A stretch of 64,000 bases of DNA from a bacterium (lineage in GTDB: Bacteria > Vulcanimicrobiota > JABDET01), in assembly GCA_021817145.1 (NCBI GenBank), contig JAKAVV010000013.1, positions 3,141 to 67,140 of the forward strand, given 5' to 3'. The notes beneath the pieces were generated by a model, which was not told the DNA's origin, searched no databases, and saw only the letters and a list, made by a program, of their open reading frames with translations. The first letter of the stretch is position 1. Each line of letters begins with the position of its first letter. The translations under genes and the position numbers were made by a program. Positions 46,223 to 56,650 of this stretch are shown here, in pieces.

Positions 46223-47677
46223 ATGAAAGAACATCGAATCCACTTTATCGGAATCAGCGGAATCGGAATGAGCGCTATAGCCAAGGTTATGTTGGGTCTT
46301 GGCTATCAAGTCTCAGGCTCTGATTTAAGGGAAACACCGATAACCCTTGCTCTTGAGAAAGAAGGAGCCGCTTTTTACAATGGACACCATAAATCCCAAA
46401 TTCAGAACGTGGATCTGATTGTTGTCAGCTCTGCCATTCCTTCCGACAACCCCGAACTTCTGGAAGCAAAACAGAGAAAAATTCCAATTCTTCAACGAGC
46501 GGAAATGCTCGGCTTTCTCATGAAAGAACGGTTTGGGATCGCGGTTGCGGGAACCCATGGCAAAACAACAACCACTTCCATGATCGCTTTAATCTTTGAA
46601 AAATCGGGACTTGATCCAACTGTTGTCATTGGCGGGGAATTAAATGATTTGGGCAGCAATGCCAAAATTGGAAAAAGCAGCTATCTGATCGCTGAAGCAG
46701 ATGAAAGTGATGCGTCTCTCCTTCATCTGCGCCCCAAAGTAGCTGTCCTGACCTCAATTGACGCCGACGTCAATCCTACTTCTGAAGCTTATGCGCCTTT
46801 CCAGTTTGATTATGATAAAACTTTAAAAAGGGTGGAAGAAGTTTTTTTAGAATTCTTATCCCACGTTCCCGAGAAAGGAAATATCATTCTCTGCCTGGAT
46901 TCCCCTTTCACAAAAAAAATGATCCCTCATCTTTCTTCTTCTGTCACAACTTATGGAATTGAAGAAAAAGCCGATTTAACAGCAGAAAATATTCAACTAG
47001 AGGGGACAAAATCTTCTTTTTCCCTTTTCTTGAAAGGGAAGCCTTTGGGTAAAGTGGAGCTGTCTGTCCCAGGCAAACATAATGTTTTAAATGCCCTTGG
47101 CGCAGCAGGAGCTGCCCTTGCTGTCGGAATACCTTATGATGAAATTGTTCGAGCATTAGAATCATTTCATGGCGTAAAGAGAAGATTCCAAATTATCGGA
47201 AGCCCGAACAATGTGCTGATTGTAGATGATTATGCCCACAACCCAAGCAAAATTAAAGCTACTTTAAGCGCTGCCCGCAGTGGATGGAGCCGCAGAGTGC
47301 TTGCTATTTTTCAACCGCACCGTTTCACCCGCACGAAACTCTTGCAGAAAGAGTTCAGCCATGCTTTTTTAGACGCAGACCTTCTTTTTGTAACCGATAT
47401 TTATGCTGCTGGAGAAGCTCCTATTCCAGGAATCAGCGCAGAAAAACTGACTTCTGAAATTAAAAAATCTCACCCTGAGAAAGAGATCATTTTTGAAGCT
47501 GAGCAGGAAGATTTAATTCAAGATGTTTTGAGAGAAGTAAAATCAGGAGATATGATTTTAACTCTTGGAGCAGGGGATATCCACAAAATTGGGAATCGCA
47601 TTAATGAGATTTTGATGCGCAGTGAGAACAAACCTCAGATACTGCCCCTCGCGCAAATGAAACAGAAGGAACGATAA
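46223..47677 (+). CDS. murC: UDP-MurNAc:L-Ala ligase
   Basis: GISGIGMS, GTHGKTTTT, EADESD, DDYAHNP and FQPHR. Confidence 0.93.
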   Translation: MKEHRIHFIGISGIGMSAIAKVMLGLGYQVSGSDLRETPITLALEKEGAAFYNGHHKSQIQNVDLIVVSSAIPSDNPELLEAKQRKIPILQRAEMLGFLMKERFGIAVAGTHGKTTTTSMIALIFEKSGLDPTVVIGGELNDLGSNAKIGKSSYLIAEADESDASLLHLRPKVAVLTSIDADVNPTSEAYAPFQFDYDKTLKRVEEVFLEFLSHVPEKGNIILCLDSPFTKKMIPHLSSSVTTYGIEEKADLTAENIQLEGTKSSFSLFLKGKPLGKVELSVPGKHNVLNALGAAGAALAVGIPYDEIVRALESFHGVKRRFQIIGSPNNVLIVDDYAHNPSKIKATLSAARSGWSRRVLAIFQPHRFTRTKLLQKEFSHAFLDADLLFVTDIYAAGEAPIPGISAEKLTSEIKKSHPEKEIIFEAEQEDLIQDVLREVKSGDMILTLGAGDIHKIGNRINEILMRSENKPQILPLAQMKQKER

Positions 47678-48604
47678 ATGGTTGAACTGTTGAAGGGAAA
47701 CCTCTTGAAAAACGCGCCTCTTGACCAGCACACAACTTTTCGAATCGGTGGGAAAGCCGATCTTTTTTTTGTCCCAGAAGATGAAGAGGATTTAAAAAAA
47801 GGGCTTTCTTACTGTTATGAAAAGGAAATTCCCTGGTTCATTCTTGGAAATGGAAGCAATCTTCTTGTTTCAGATGATGGGATCGAAGGGATGGTGATTC
47901 ATCTAGACCACTCGCTTTTCAAAAAAATAACATTTGAAGACAGCCAGATCCGCGCAGGAGCAGGAGTTAAAACAGCAGTTCTGCTCAGAGAGACCCTTGA
48001 AAACGGTTTCGGAGGAATCGAATTCTTAGGAGCAATTCCAGGAACAATGGGAGGAGCTTTTTACATGAATGCAGGCACTTATCTTGGGGAGATTTCCAGT
48101 GTTGTGAAAGAAATTAAAATCCTGGATGAATCGCTGAACACAAAATGGCTTTCAAAAGAAGAACTGGACTATCGCTACAGACACAGCTTGTTTCAAGAGA
48201 AACCATGGGTCATTTTAGAAGGAAAGCTTAATCTACCCCGAGCAGAGAAAATATCCGCGCAGCTGAAAGTTCATGAAATTTTAGAGAGACGGAAGAAGAC
48301 CCAGCCATTAGGGGTTGCCAGCGCAGGCAGCGCATTTAAAAATCCGCCTTCCCGTTCAGCATGGCAGTTAATTGATGCTGCAGGGCTCAGAGGATTTTCA
48401 ATAGGTGATGCCGCAGTTTCTGATGTCCACGCCAATTTCCTGATCAACAAAAACTCTGCAAGCGCAAAAGAAGTCTTAACTCTCATGCGATTCATTCAAA
48501 AAACAGTCTTGGAGAAAACAGGAATCTTATTGGAGCCAGAGATTAAACTGGTAGGAAGGTGGAAAGAGAACTTCTTAACAAAACCATGCGAGGTCGGCAA
48601 ATGA
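47678..48604 (+). CDS. murB: UDP-N-acetylenolpyruvoylglucosamine reductase
   Basis: TTFRIGG, GNGSNLL, IPGTMGGA..MNAG, GSAFKNP and HANF. Confidence 0.96.
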   Translation: MVELLKGNLLKNAPLDQHTTFRIGGKADLFFVPEDEEDLKKGLSYCYEKEIPWFILGNGSNLLVSDDGIEGMVIHLDHSLFKKITFEDSQIRAGAGVKTAVLLRETLENGFGGIEFLGAIPGTMGGAFYMNAGTYLGEISSVVKEIKILDESLNTKWLSKEELDYRYRHSLFQEKPWVILEGKLNLPRAEKISAQLKVHEILERRKKTQPLGVASAGSAFKNPPSRSAWQLIDAAGLRGFSIGDAAVSDVHANFLINKNSASAKEVLTLMRFIQKTVLEKTGILLEPEIKLVGRWKENFLTKPCEVGK

Positions 48605-49311
48605 AATCTCATCTCAGCGAAGCTGGGAATTCAAAAGTTTATCTGCTTGGAATTCTAGCCAGCCTTTTTTTAATCTTGGCAACTCTTCCCTTTTATCGTT
48701 ACAAAGGGATTATCGTAAAATCGCCAGGCATTTCAATTCGAAATTCTCTGTCAAATTTTATTCCCGCCCATGAATCACTGCTTTTCTTCCCCTATTATTC
48801 TATTCAGAAGGAAATTTTGATGGGATTCCCATCTTACTCAAAAGTAAGACTCTATCCCATTATAAAAAATGGGTTCTATCTAAAAGTTCAGCCTGTCAGT
48901 CGGGTTCCTGTCGCCAAGCTCAATCAGAACTGGTGCCTGGATTCTTCCGGCGCTGTATTCAGATGTCGAACGAAAAACTTGCGGCTTGTGAGAATCTCTC
49001 TCCCGATGAAGCTTCGAACGGATTGGCAGATGAAAAGATTACTCTCTAAAATTGAAAAAACTTCTACCCTCCAAATTTCAAAAATACAGATTAATTCAAA
49101 AGGAGATTGGGTCATTTACACAAAAAATGGAATATGTGTGAAACTTGGGCAGGCTCAAGATATGACGAAGAAAATAAAAATTCTACTCCCTATTCTTCAA
49201 GTGGTGCAGCAGGAAAAAATGGCGGTTGCTGACATTGACGTCCGGGTTCCTCAACTGCCTGTTCTGATACGAAATCAGCGAGCAAAAACTCTTTTAAAAG
49301 CCATAAAATGA
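48601..49311 (+). CDS. ftsQ: FtsQ/DivIB-like cell division protein (divergent)
   Basis: N-terminal TM segment, C-terminal IDVRVP, and position after murB. Confidence 0.65.
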   Translation: MKSHLSEAGNSKVYLLGILASLFLILATLPFYRYKGIIVKSPGISIRNSLSNFIPAHESLLFFPYYSIQKEILMGFPSYSKVRLYPIIKNGFYLKVQPVSRVPVAKLNQNWCLDSSGAVFRCRTKNLRLVRISLPMKLRTDWQMKRLLSKIEKTSTLQISKIQINSKGDWVIYTKNGICVKLGQAQDMTKKIKILLPILQVVQQEKMAVADIDVRVPQLPVLIRNQRAKTLLKAIK

Positions 49312-50060
49312 AAGGGAAACTAAAAGACTGGATTCTTTTTTTATCTTTAGGCTGTTTCGCTCTTGGGGTTTTGATTGCGTTCCAATTTAAAGGGCAGGAA
49401 AAAGAAGGATTCCCGCTGGCAGCTTATCGTTCTATGGATGTAATTCAGATACTTCAAAACTCCCAGAAACAAAATGCGGCTCTGGAAACCCAAATTTCAA
49501 AATTAAGAACACGATTAACTGAATATGAAATTTCCAGAAGCCAGAAAGGAAGTTTAACGAGAGAATTGGGGAAAGAACTTGAAAAGGCAAGAATGGAAGC
49601 GGGAATGATAGCAGTTAAAGGTCCAGGAATTAAAATCATTTTAAATGACTCCACTCGAAAGCCAAAACCAGGAGAAGGGGATTATTTCTATCTGGTTCAT
49701 GATGTTGATCTGACTGAATTGACAAATGAGCTGTGGTCAGCCGGAGCGGAAGCTATATCCATCAATAATGAAAGGATCATTGCAGACTCTCCAATCCGAT
49801 GTGTTGGACCTGCTGTACTTGTTAATACGCTTCACGTTTCCCCGCCCTACGTCGTGAAAGCAATTGGAAATCCGGCTGCCCTCAGCACAGCATTAGAAAT
49901 GCAGGGAGGATTTTTAGATGTCATGCAGGTTTCTATTGCTCATGGAGTCACAATCCAGCTTACAGAAGAAAAGAAACTGATCATCCCTGCTTATGGAGGA
50001 AGCATGGCATTTCATTATGCCTTGCCAATCTTTAATCGAAAGACTCAAAAGGAACCTTAA
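49308..50060 (+). CDS. DUF881 family protein (YlxX-like)
   Basis: AG...V.GPGI.IIL.D, VHDVDL...NELWSAGAEAISIN.ER and PPYV.KAIG. Confidence 0.9.
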   Translation: MKGKLKDWILFLSLGCFALGVLIAFQFKGQEKEGFPLAAYRSMDVIQILQNSQKQNAALETQISKLRTRLTEYEISRSQKGSLTRELGKELEKARMEAGMIAVKGPGIKIILNDSTRKPKPGEGDYFYLVHDVDLTELTNELWSAGAEAISINNERIIADSPIRCVGPAVLVNTLHVSPPYVVKAIGNPAALSTALEMQGGFLDVMQVSIAHGVTIQLTEEKKLIIPAYGGSMAFHYALPIFNRKTQKEP

Positions 50061-50064
50061 AGAC

Positions 50065-50439
50065 TTGATTTATCTTTTACTCTCTCTCATTCTGGGAATT
50101 ATTGCGGGGATCTTTCTCCCCTTTTCTATTCCCGTGTCTCTCGGTAAATATCTATCAGTCGCTGTGTTAGCTGCTCTAGACAGTATTTTAGGAGGAGGAA
50201 AAGCTGTTTTCGAAAAAAAATTCAACATTTCTCTGTTTGTTTCCGGATTTGTCTCCAACACTTTACTCGCCTTTCTCTTAACTTATATTGGAGATAGATT
50301 AGGGGTTGAACTTTATCTAGCAGCCATTATTACCTTTGGCGTTAGAATTTTTCAAAACCTCTCCATTTTAAGAGTTTATCTTTTTCAAAGTTTTTCCACA
50401 CCTCATCAACAAGGATTTCCAAAATCCTTACCCGAATAA
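50065..50439 (+). CDS. sbp: Small basic protein Sbp (DUF1290)
   Basis: YLSVAVLAALDSILGG, GFVSN.LLA, and GVRIFQN; TTG start after AAGGA. Confidence 0.88.
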   Translation: MIYLLLSLILGIIAGIFLPFSIPVSLGKYLSVAVLAALDSILGGGKAVFEKKFNISLFVSGFVSNTLLAFLLTYIGDRLGVELYLAAIITFGVRIFQNLSILRVYLFQSFSTPHQQGFPKSLPE

Positions 50440-50478
50440 CCCGAACGAGATTGACTTTAATATTTGAAGGGAGGGATT

Positions 50479-51714
50479 ATGGCTGCAGTAGGAAGACACA
50501 CCATTGTTTCAGGTCTTGATATTGGAACATCCAAAGTCACTTGTCTGGTCGGGGAGATCAACCAGGAAAACCATATCGAGATTACAGGAAAGGGAACTTC
50601 CCCATCCCAAGGTGTTAAAAAGGGGATCGTTGTTGACATAGGGGAAACTGTAAAATCAATTCAGCAGGCGGTTCGTGAAGCTGAAAGAAGTTCCGGCTTT
50701 AAGATTCACTCTGTTTTTGTCAATGTTACAGGGGAGCATATTGCATCTATCAACAGCCATGGGATTATTACTCTGGCAAACGAAGCAAAAGAGATTACTG
50801 AAGAGGATATGCGCCGTTCTATTGAAGCCGCAAAAGTAGTGAGTCTGCCGGCAGATCGAGAAGTCATCCATGTCATTCCCAGAGGATTCGCTGTGGATGG
50901 GCAAAATGGAATTAAAAATCCTGTTGGCATGTTAGGCATGAAACTTGAGGCAAATACACATATTGTTACAGGCACTGTTACTTTTCTTCATAATTTAACA
51001 AAATGCGTTGAACTGGCAGGACTTGAAATTGAAGAAAATGGAATGGTTTTACAGCCTTTAGCTTCCAGCCTCTCTGTTTTAAATGATGCGGAAAAAGAAT
51101 TGGGAATTATTCTTTTAGATATTGGCGGAGGAACAACCGATCTGGCAATTTTCCGTAATAAACACATTTATCATACTTCTGTGCTGCCAGTAGGAGGATA
51201 TCATATTACCAATGATCTGGCTGTAGCATTCAAGCTTTCTCCAACAGAAGCTGAAAGAATAAAAATAGAATTCGGACATGCCGATCCTTCACAAATTCTA
51301 GAAGATGAAGCCATTGAAGTCACGACTCTTTCAGGAGTCAAAGAAACCATCTCCAGAAAAGCAATTGCAGAAAAGATTTCCCCCCGCATAGAAGAAATAT
51401 TCGCTCTGGTCAAAACGGAAATGGATAAAGCGGCAAGAGAGTTTTCATTGGCTGGTTTAATTTTAACAGGGGGAACAAGCCTGCTCCCAGGGATCTCAAC
51501 TGTCGCAAAACAAATTTTAAAACTGCCTATCCGTGTTGGGTATCCTCTCCCATTAAATGGATCAGTGAATGATGCTATCCATAACCCGCAGTATTCTACT
51601 GGAGTAGGACTGCTGGTTTATGCGGGAAGGAACTTAAACAGCCAGAAAGTCTATCGAAAAAGAGAAAGCTTTTTGGCGCGGATGTTTAGAAACTTATTTA
51701 AAGATTTTTTTTGA
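50479..51714 (+). CDS. ftsA: Cell division protein FtsA
   Basis: GLDIGTSKV, DIGGGTTD, AERIK and LTGGTS. Confidence 0.96.
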   Translation: MAAVGRHTIVSGLDIGTSKVTCLVGEINQENHIEITGKGTSPSQGVKKGIVVDIGETVKSIQQAVREAERSSGFKIHSVFVNVTGEHIASINSHGIITLANEAKEITEEDMRRSIEAAKVVSLPADREVIHVIPRGFAVDGQNGIKNPVGMLGMKLEANTHIVTGTVTFLHNLTKCVELAGLEIEENGMVLQPLASSLSVLNDAEKELGIILLDIGGGTTDLAIFRNKHIYHTSVLPVGGYHITNDLAVAFKLSPTEAERIKIEFGHADPSQILEDEAIEVTTLSGVKETISRKAIAEKISPRIEEIFALVKTEMDKAAREFSLAGLILTGGTSLLPGISTVAKQILKLPIRVGYPLPLNGSVNDAIHNPQYSTGVGLLVYAGRNLNSQKVYRKRESFLARMFRNLFKDFF

Positions 51715-51768
51715 GCGCCATAAAAGGCTCCTTCAAAGCCCTTTATGAAATAAAGGAGGAAACAGTTC

Positions 51769-52854
51769 ATGGAAAACATAGAAAAAAATTCAAAGAAGGA
51801 AAAAATGCAGCCTTTTGCCGGAATTAAAGTGGTTGGTGTCGGAGGGGCAGGGTGCAATGCAGTAACCCGAATGGTGGAAGCTGGACTTAAAGGGGTAGAA
51901 TTCGTTGCCATTAACACAGATGCCCAGGCTCTTTTCTTGTGCAATGTTGATAAAAGGGTGCATATTGGAGGAAATCTAACAAGAGGGCTTGGAGCAGGTG
52001 CTAACAGCGATATTGGTAAACAAGCTTGTGAAGAAAACTCAGAAGAGATTTTGAAAGCTCTTGAAGGATCTGATATGGTTTTTATTACAGCCGGAATGGG
52101 TGGAGGAACAGGAACAGGAGCTTCCCCTGTTATCGCTGATCTGGCTAAACAATCAGGAGCATTAACTGTAGCTGTTGTGACAAAACCATTTACTTTTGAA
52201 GGAAAGGTCAGGATGACCACTGCTGAAAAAGGAGCTCAAGAATTAGAGCAGAAAGTCGATGCCTTAATCACAATCCCAAATGATCGCCTCCTGCAAATTG
52301 TTGAAAGACGAACTCCTTTAGTCGATGCGTTTAAAGCTGCTGATGACATTCTAAGACAAGGAGTGCAAGGGATTTCAGATCTCATCACAAAACCAGGTTT
52401 AATCAATTTGGATTTTGCCGATGTTCAAGCCATTATGAGCAGCGCTGGTTCTGCTTTAATGGGAATTGGAAGAGGAACTGGAGAACACAGAGCTCAAGAA
52501 GCGGCTAAAAGCGCTATTGCCAGCCCACTCCTTGAAACCAGTATTGATGGAGCAAAAGGGATCCTTTTCAGTATTGCTGGAGGGACTGATTTGACGTTAA
52601 CAGAAGTTAATGAAGCAGCAGAAGTTATTTCTCCTGTCGTGGACCCTGAAGCAAGAATTATTTTCGGAACAGTCATTGATGAAAAACTTCAAGGAGAAGT
52701 TGTGGTAACGGTTATTGCCACAGGATTTGGTTCAAGAAATATTCCATTTTCCGAGCGGAGAATTTTTGACTCTTCTGAAGCAGAAATCAAGCCCATGGAA
52801 GTAAAGCCTTTCCTGGCTGATCTGGATATTCCAGCTTTTTTAAGAAGAAGGTGA
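51769..52854 (+). CDS. ftsZ: Cell division protein FtsZ
   Basis: GGGTGTG tubulin motif, NLDFAD and the C-terminal DIPAFLRRR. Confidence 0.98.
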   Translation: MENIEKNSKKEKMQPFAGIKVVGVGGAGCNAVTRMVEAGLKGVEFVAINTDAQALFLCNVDKRVHIGGNLTRGLGAGANSDIGKQACEENSEEILKALEGSDMVFITAGMGGGTGTGASPVIADLAKQSGALTVAVVTKPFTFEGKVRMTTAEKGAQELEQKVDALITIPNDRLLQIVERRTPLVDAFKAADDILRQGVQGISDLITKPGLINLDFADVQAIMSSAGSALMGIGRGTGEHRAQEAAKSAIASPLLETSIDGAKGILFSIAGGTDLTLTEVNEAAEVISPVVDPEARIIFGTVIDEKLQGEVVVTVIATGFGSRNIPFSERRIFDSSEAEIKPMEVKPFLADLDIPAFLRRR

Positions 52855-52898
52855 CAGAAGGAGTTTCCCAGGTCAAGGTAGAATGAATATTCTACCCG

Positions 52899-53429
52899 AT
52901 GAAAAAGATACTTGTACTGGCAATTGTTGGCTTTCTAATGGCGAAAGCAGTCGCTGCTTCTCCTTTTCGCAGCTTAAAGCGGACTTCTTTAGGTTATTCT
53001 GTCCTTTTGCAAAAGAGAAATCATGTTTTACTTTTTGAACCTTCACCTCTTAAGACAAACTATCCCCTAAAAAAAGACAGCCAGGGAAGAGGGCTGTTCT
53101 CTCCACTCTCTTTATTTCGAAGATTTTTTTTATGGGGGAAAACTCTTTATTCCAAAAACCACAAGCTTAAACCTGCTGCAAAAGGGGGGGCTTTAGGTGT
53201 TTATTACCATTTTGGTCCTAAATTTTTGTTAAATGGAAAATATGTTGTTCTGAACGACAAACGGGTTGGAAATTTTTACCAAGAAATGAACTTTCCTCTT
53301 TTAAAAGCAGAGTATTGGTTTAATGCCAGAACAAGAATCTCGATTAGTTATAAAAATGTGGAAACTGGACCAGGAAGTTATCCCTCTGCAACCCAGCGAA
53401 CAACAGCGAAACTAAGAGTTAACTTTTAA
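52899..53429 (+). CDS. Secreted hypothetical protein, possible small outer-membrane beta-barrel
   Basis: Sec signal MKKILVLAIVGFLMAKAVAA; amphipathic strands and a terminal Phe (KLRVNF). Confidence 0.55.
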   Translation: MKKILVLAIVGFLMAKAVAASPFRSLKRTSLGYSVLLQKRNHVLLFEPSPLKTNYPLKKDSQGRGLFSPLSLFRRFFLWGKTLYSKNHKLKPAAKGGALGVYYHFGPKFLLNGKYVVLNDKRVGNFYQEMNFPLLKAEYWFNARTRISISYKNVETGPGSYPSATQRTTAKLRVNF

Positions 53430-53433
53430 TCTT

Positions 53434-53673
53434 TTAAACTTGCCTTTTAGACTTTAAAGAATGGCTGGCTTTTTGAATAGCAGTAGATGAAGACTGCTGA
53501 GCAAGAAAGTTTTCTTTTTGAATTTCTGTCCAAACCTCTTCTCTATGCACAGAAACATGACCAGGAGCAGAAATCCCAAGTTTTACTTTTCCTTGAGAGA
53601 CTTCAATAATGGTAATTTTAATTTCATCCCCAATCATCACGGATTGATTCACTTTTCTTGCCAGCACCAGCAT
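53434..53673 (-). CDS. csrA: Carbon storage regulator CsrA
   Basis: MLVLARKVNQSVMIGD...VKLGISAP..VSVHREEV, with a Firmicute-type C-terminal extension. Confidence 0.95.
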   Translation of the reverse strand: MLVLARKVNQSVMIGDEIKITIIEVSQGKVKLGISAPGHVSVHREEVWTEIQKENFLAQQSSSTAIQKASHSLKSKRQV

Positions 53674-54057
53674 TTAACTCAGCCTCTCCTCCTCTAGAAA
53701 ACTCCCAACCGCTTCAACCAGTTCATCCGGATCATAAGGTTTCATAAAGTACTCTTTAATCCCACAGCCATTTAACTTTAACAGATCGTATTCATTCCCA
53801 AATGTTCCACTGGTAATAATGACTGGAATACCTGAAAATTCTGGTATGTTTTTTAAATCTTTTAGAAAACTTAACCCATCCATTTCAGGAAGCCATAAAT
53901 CCAGAATAATTAAATCAGCTTTTTCCTCTAAGAGATAATGAATGGCATCAGACGGGTTATCCACACAGGCAACAGAGTAATTTTTTAATTCGAGAGAGGA
54001 CTTTACAATAGTCTGATGATCCTTATTGTCTTCAATCACCAGAATTTTTTTCTTCAT
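53674..54057 (-). CDS. Single-domain response regulator (receiver only)
   Basis: IED, LDLWLPEMDG, ITS and KPY receiver motifs. Confidence 0.9.
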   Translation of the reverse strand: MKKKILVIEDNKDHQTIVKSSLELKNYSVACVDNPSDAIHYLLEEKADLIILDLWLPEMDGLSFLKDLKNIPEFSGIPVIITSGTFGNEYDLLKLNGCGIKEYFMKPYDPDELVEAVGSFLEEERLS

Positions 54058-54074
54058 CTATTCCTCTCCTTTAA

Positions 54075-55436
54075 TTAGCGGCTGCCAACAAGAGACATTT
54101 GAGCAGAGGCTGAACTTCTTCTGGAAGCAGGTAAAACCAGAGTAAAAGTGCTTCCCACTCCTTCCTGGCTAACCACCTCAATTTCACCCCCCAATTTTTC
54201 GGTTAATTTCTTGACAATATACAATCCCAGCCCTGTGGTTGAGCCTTGTTTTTTAATCTTCGAAAACTTTTCGAAAATAAGCTCTTTATCCTCATTTCGA
54301 ATTCCAGGTCCTGAATCAGAAATAGAGATATTAACCTTTTCATTTTTTTCAAAAGAGGCAATTTTAACAGCTTCTCCTGAGCGACTGAATTTAATGGCAT
54401 TAGAAAGCAGATTCGTTATGATTTCATGAATTTTGTCTTTGTCAGAATCCACCCACAGATTGTCTTTAGCCTCAACAGACAAAACCAAATTTTTCCCTTT
54501 TGCTAAAGAAGAGAGATTTTCAGCCACTTCATCTAAAACCGCTTTTATTTTCACAGGCTCAGAGAGCACAAGAATTTTCCCCTCCTCCATTCGGGCTGTT
54601 TCAAGTAAATTGTTAATTAACAAAAGCATCCCTTTCCCTGAACGAATCAGGGCTGCAAGAAACTTCTGTCTATCTTCCTCTGTAACGCACAGTTTCTGAT
54701 TCTGCAGCAGTCCCGCATATCCCAGAATAGAGGAAAGAGGGGAACGCAGATCATGGGTAATCATGGCGATCATTTCCTCTCGCAATTTTTCTACCTCTTT
54801 TTGAGCGGTAATATCTTTTACGGTAACAATCATCTGTCCAGGAGTTTTATCATCCTGTTTTAGAGAAGAAATGCTGAGAAAAGCAGGGAACTCTTTTCCA
54901 TTAGAAACTCCCACTTTGCAGTCTAAAAGATTAACGGTATTTTTCCCGTTAAAAGTGAGGAAATCTATTAATTTTGCCCCTGAGTAAAAATTCAATGCTT
55001 CTCCATAAGGCTTACCCAAAACATCCTCTTTTTCCAGGTTCGTTAATTTTTCCATTGAACCATTCCAAAAGCCGATCATGCCTGTTTCGTCCAGTGTAAG
55101 AATTCCATCTGGAGCCCCATTTAAAACCGCTTCAAACTTTTGTTTTTCGAGTCGAAGAGAGAGGGATAAATCTTGATAGATTCGGGATAAATATTTGACC
55201 TCTTCTTCCCGATCCACCTCTTTTTTAGAAAAAGAAGCCGGCTGAAATTTCCACAATCCGGTTAGAAACACCCCCATTCTCCAGGAAATAAAAAGAATGA
55301 TCCCTTGAATCCACCAGGTCGGCTTTACTTTAAAAAAAAGAAAAGGAGGATGGGAATGAATAAGGTAAAACTCCCACAAATAACCGAAAAAAGCTGCTGC
55401 TGAAGCGGTAAGGAAAACTCGTTTCTGGCGGCTCAT
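54075..55436 (-). CDS. Membrane PAS sensor histidine kinase
   Basis: Two TM segments, a PAS domain, H-box THDLRSPL, NLLSNAIKFS, DSGPGI and GLGL. Confidence 0.92.
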   Translation of the reverse strand: MSRQKRVFLTASAAAFFGYLWEFYLIHSHPPFLFFKVKPTWWIQGIILFISWRMGVFLTGLWKFQPASFSKKEVDREEEVKYLSRIYQDLSLSLRLEKQKFEAVLNGAPDGILTLDETGMIGFWNGSMEKLTNLEKEDVLGKPYGEALNFYSGAKLIDFLTFNGKNTVNLLDCKVGVSNGKEFPAFLSISSLKQDDKTPGQMIVTVKDITAQKEVEKLREEMIAMITHDLRSPLSSILGYAGLLQNQKLCVTEEDRQKFLAALIRSGKGMLLLINNLLETARMEEGKILVLSEPVKIKAVLDEVAENLSSLAKGKNLVLSVEAKDNLWVDSDKDKIHEIITNLLSNAIKFSRSGEAVKIASFEKNEKVNISISDSGPGIRNEDKELIFEKFSKIKKQGSTTGLGLYIVKKLTEKLGGEIEVVSQEGVGSTFTLVLPASRRSSASAQMSLVGSR

Positions 55437-56650
55437 ATTTCTACCGCGCTTAAGACAGGTATGGTAAAACAAAAAGCGCTCCCCTTTCCCAAAGCGCTCT
55501 CTACCCAGATAGCTCCTCCATGAGCTTCTACAATGTGCTTGGCAATAGACAAGCCCAATCCCCTTCCACCTGTGCTTGTTGAACGATCTGTTTCTACCCT
55601 GTAAAATCTTTCGAAAACTCTTTCTCTTTCCCCTTCAGGAATTCCAGGACCAGTATCTTTAACAGAGACTTTTAAAAATCCATCTTCCTGTTCGCACGAA
55701 ATTTGAATATTACCGCCAGGAGGGGTATATTTAATCGCATTATCCATTAAATTAATTAAAACTTGTTCTAATCGATCCTCATCCCCATTGACATCAGGAA
55801 GATTCTCGTTCAAATGGAAGGACAAGGAAATCTTTTTTTTCTCCGCATAATCTTTCAAAAAATCTCCTGCATCCTGAACCAGTTGTCCCAGATCAATAAG
55901 ATGCTGATTCATCCGAGTTCTCTTGGATTCCATCATGCTGAGATCTAAAAGATCGCGAATTAAACGGTTTAATCTCTCAGTTTCTTCATAAATAATTCCT
56001 AAAAATTTCTTTGACATTTCAGGATCTGCGGCTGCCCCGTCCATCAGAGTTTCCACATAACCTTTAATACAGGTAAGTGGGGTGCGCAGCTCATGGGAGA
56101 TATTAGAAACAAACTGCGCCATTACCTCTTCCAAACGGCATCTGAGAGCAGCTTCTCTCTGAGCCTCGTAAACCAATCGATCAACGGTAATGCGAGGATC
56201 AGGAGAAATAAAAGTGTGTCCGACATGAATCACAACTTTCTCTTTTACGGAGTGTGTTCTTGCCCAACTCACAGCTTTCAGTTCCAACTTTTTGCTGATT
56301 CGATAGGAGACCAGTTTTAAGTCAGCGAGAGAAAGAGCCTCTTTATGGCGAGGAGTCGAGAACAGAAACAAGATAAACGATTCCCCTCCAGGTCGTGTCA
56401 CGCAAACCAGATCCTCCTCTCGGTAAAGCTTCCCCTTCGATTCCTGAAAAATCTGTCCAATCTGCTCGAGAAGTTCTCTGCACTTTTCTTTGCCGTACAT
56501 CTCTTCCAATTCTCTAAATCCGGCGATCTCGAAGTACAAAAAACCAACCTGTTCCAATTTCAGCAAATTCTTTTCAACGTTTGAATAAACTGAGGTTAAA
56601 AAAGGAAGTCCTGTCGTTGGATCCGTTAAAAAAGAAAGCTCCATCAACAT
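55433..56650 (-). CDS. Cytoplasmic histidine kinase with an N-terminal degenerate GGDEF-like domain
   Basis: DPTTGLP...F.E.EE.YG...REED...GGESF, followed by the PhoR/WalK-like core SHELRTPL, NLMDNAIKYT and GLGLSI. Confidence 0.85.
   Translation of the reverse strand: MLMELSFLTDPTTGLPFLTSVYSNVEKNLLKLEQVGFLYFEIAGFRELEEMYGKEKCRELLEQIGQIFQESKGKLYREEDLVCVTRPGGESFILFLFSTPRHKEALSLADLKLVSYRISKKLELKAVSWARTHSVKEKVVIHVGHTFISPDPRITVDRLVYEAQREAALRCRLEEVMAQFVSNISHELRTPLTCIKGYVETLMDGAAADPEMSKKFLGIIYEETERLNRLIRDLLDLSMMESKRTRMNQHLIDLGQLVQDAGDFLKDYAEKKKISLSFHLNENLPDVNGDEDRLEQVLINLMDNAIKYTPPGGNIQISCEQEDGFLKVSVKDTGPGIPEGERERVFERFYRVETDRSTSTGGRGLGLSIAKHIVEAHGGAIWVESALGKGSAFCFTIPVLSAVEI

Noticed and set aside
51651-52220. 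189-aa minus-strand ORF
   Set aside because: Antisense shadow of ftsZ.
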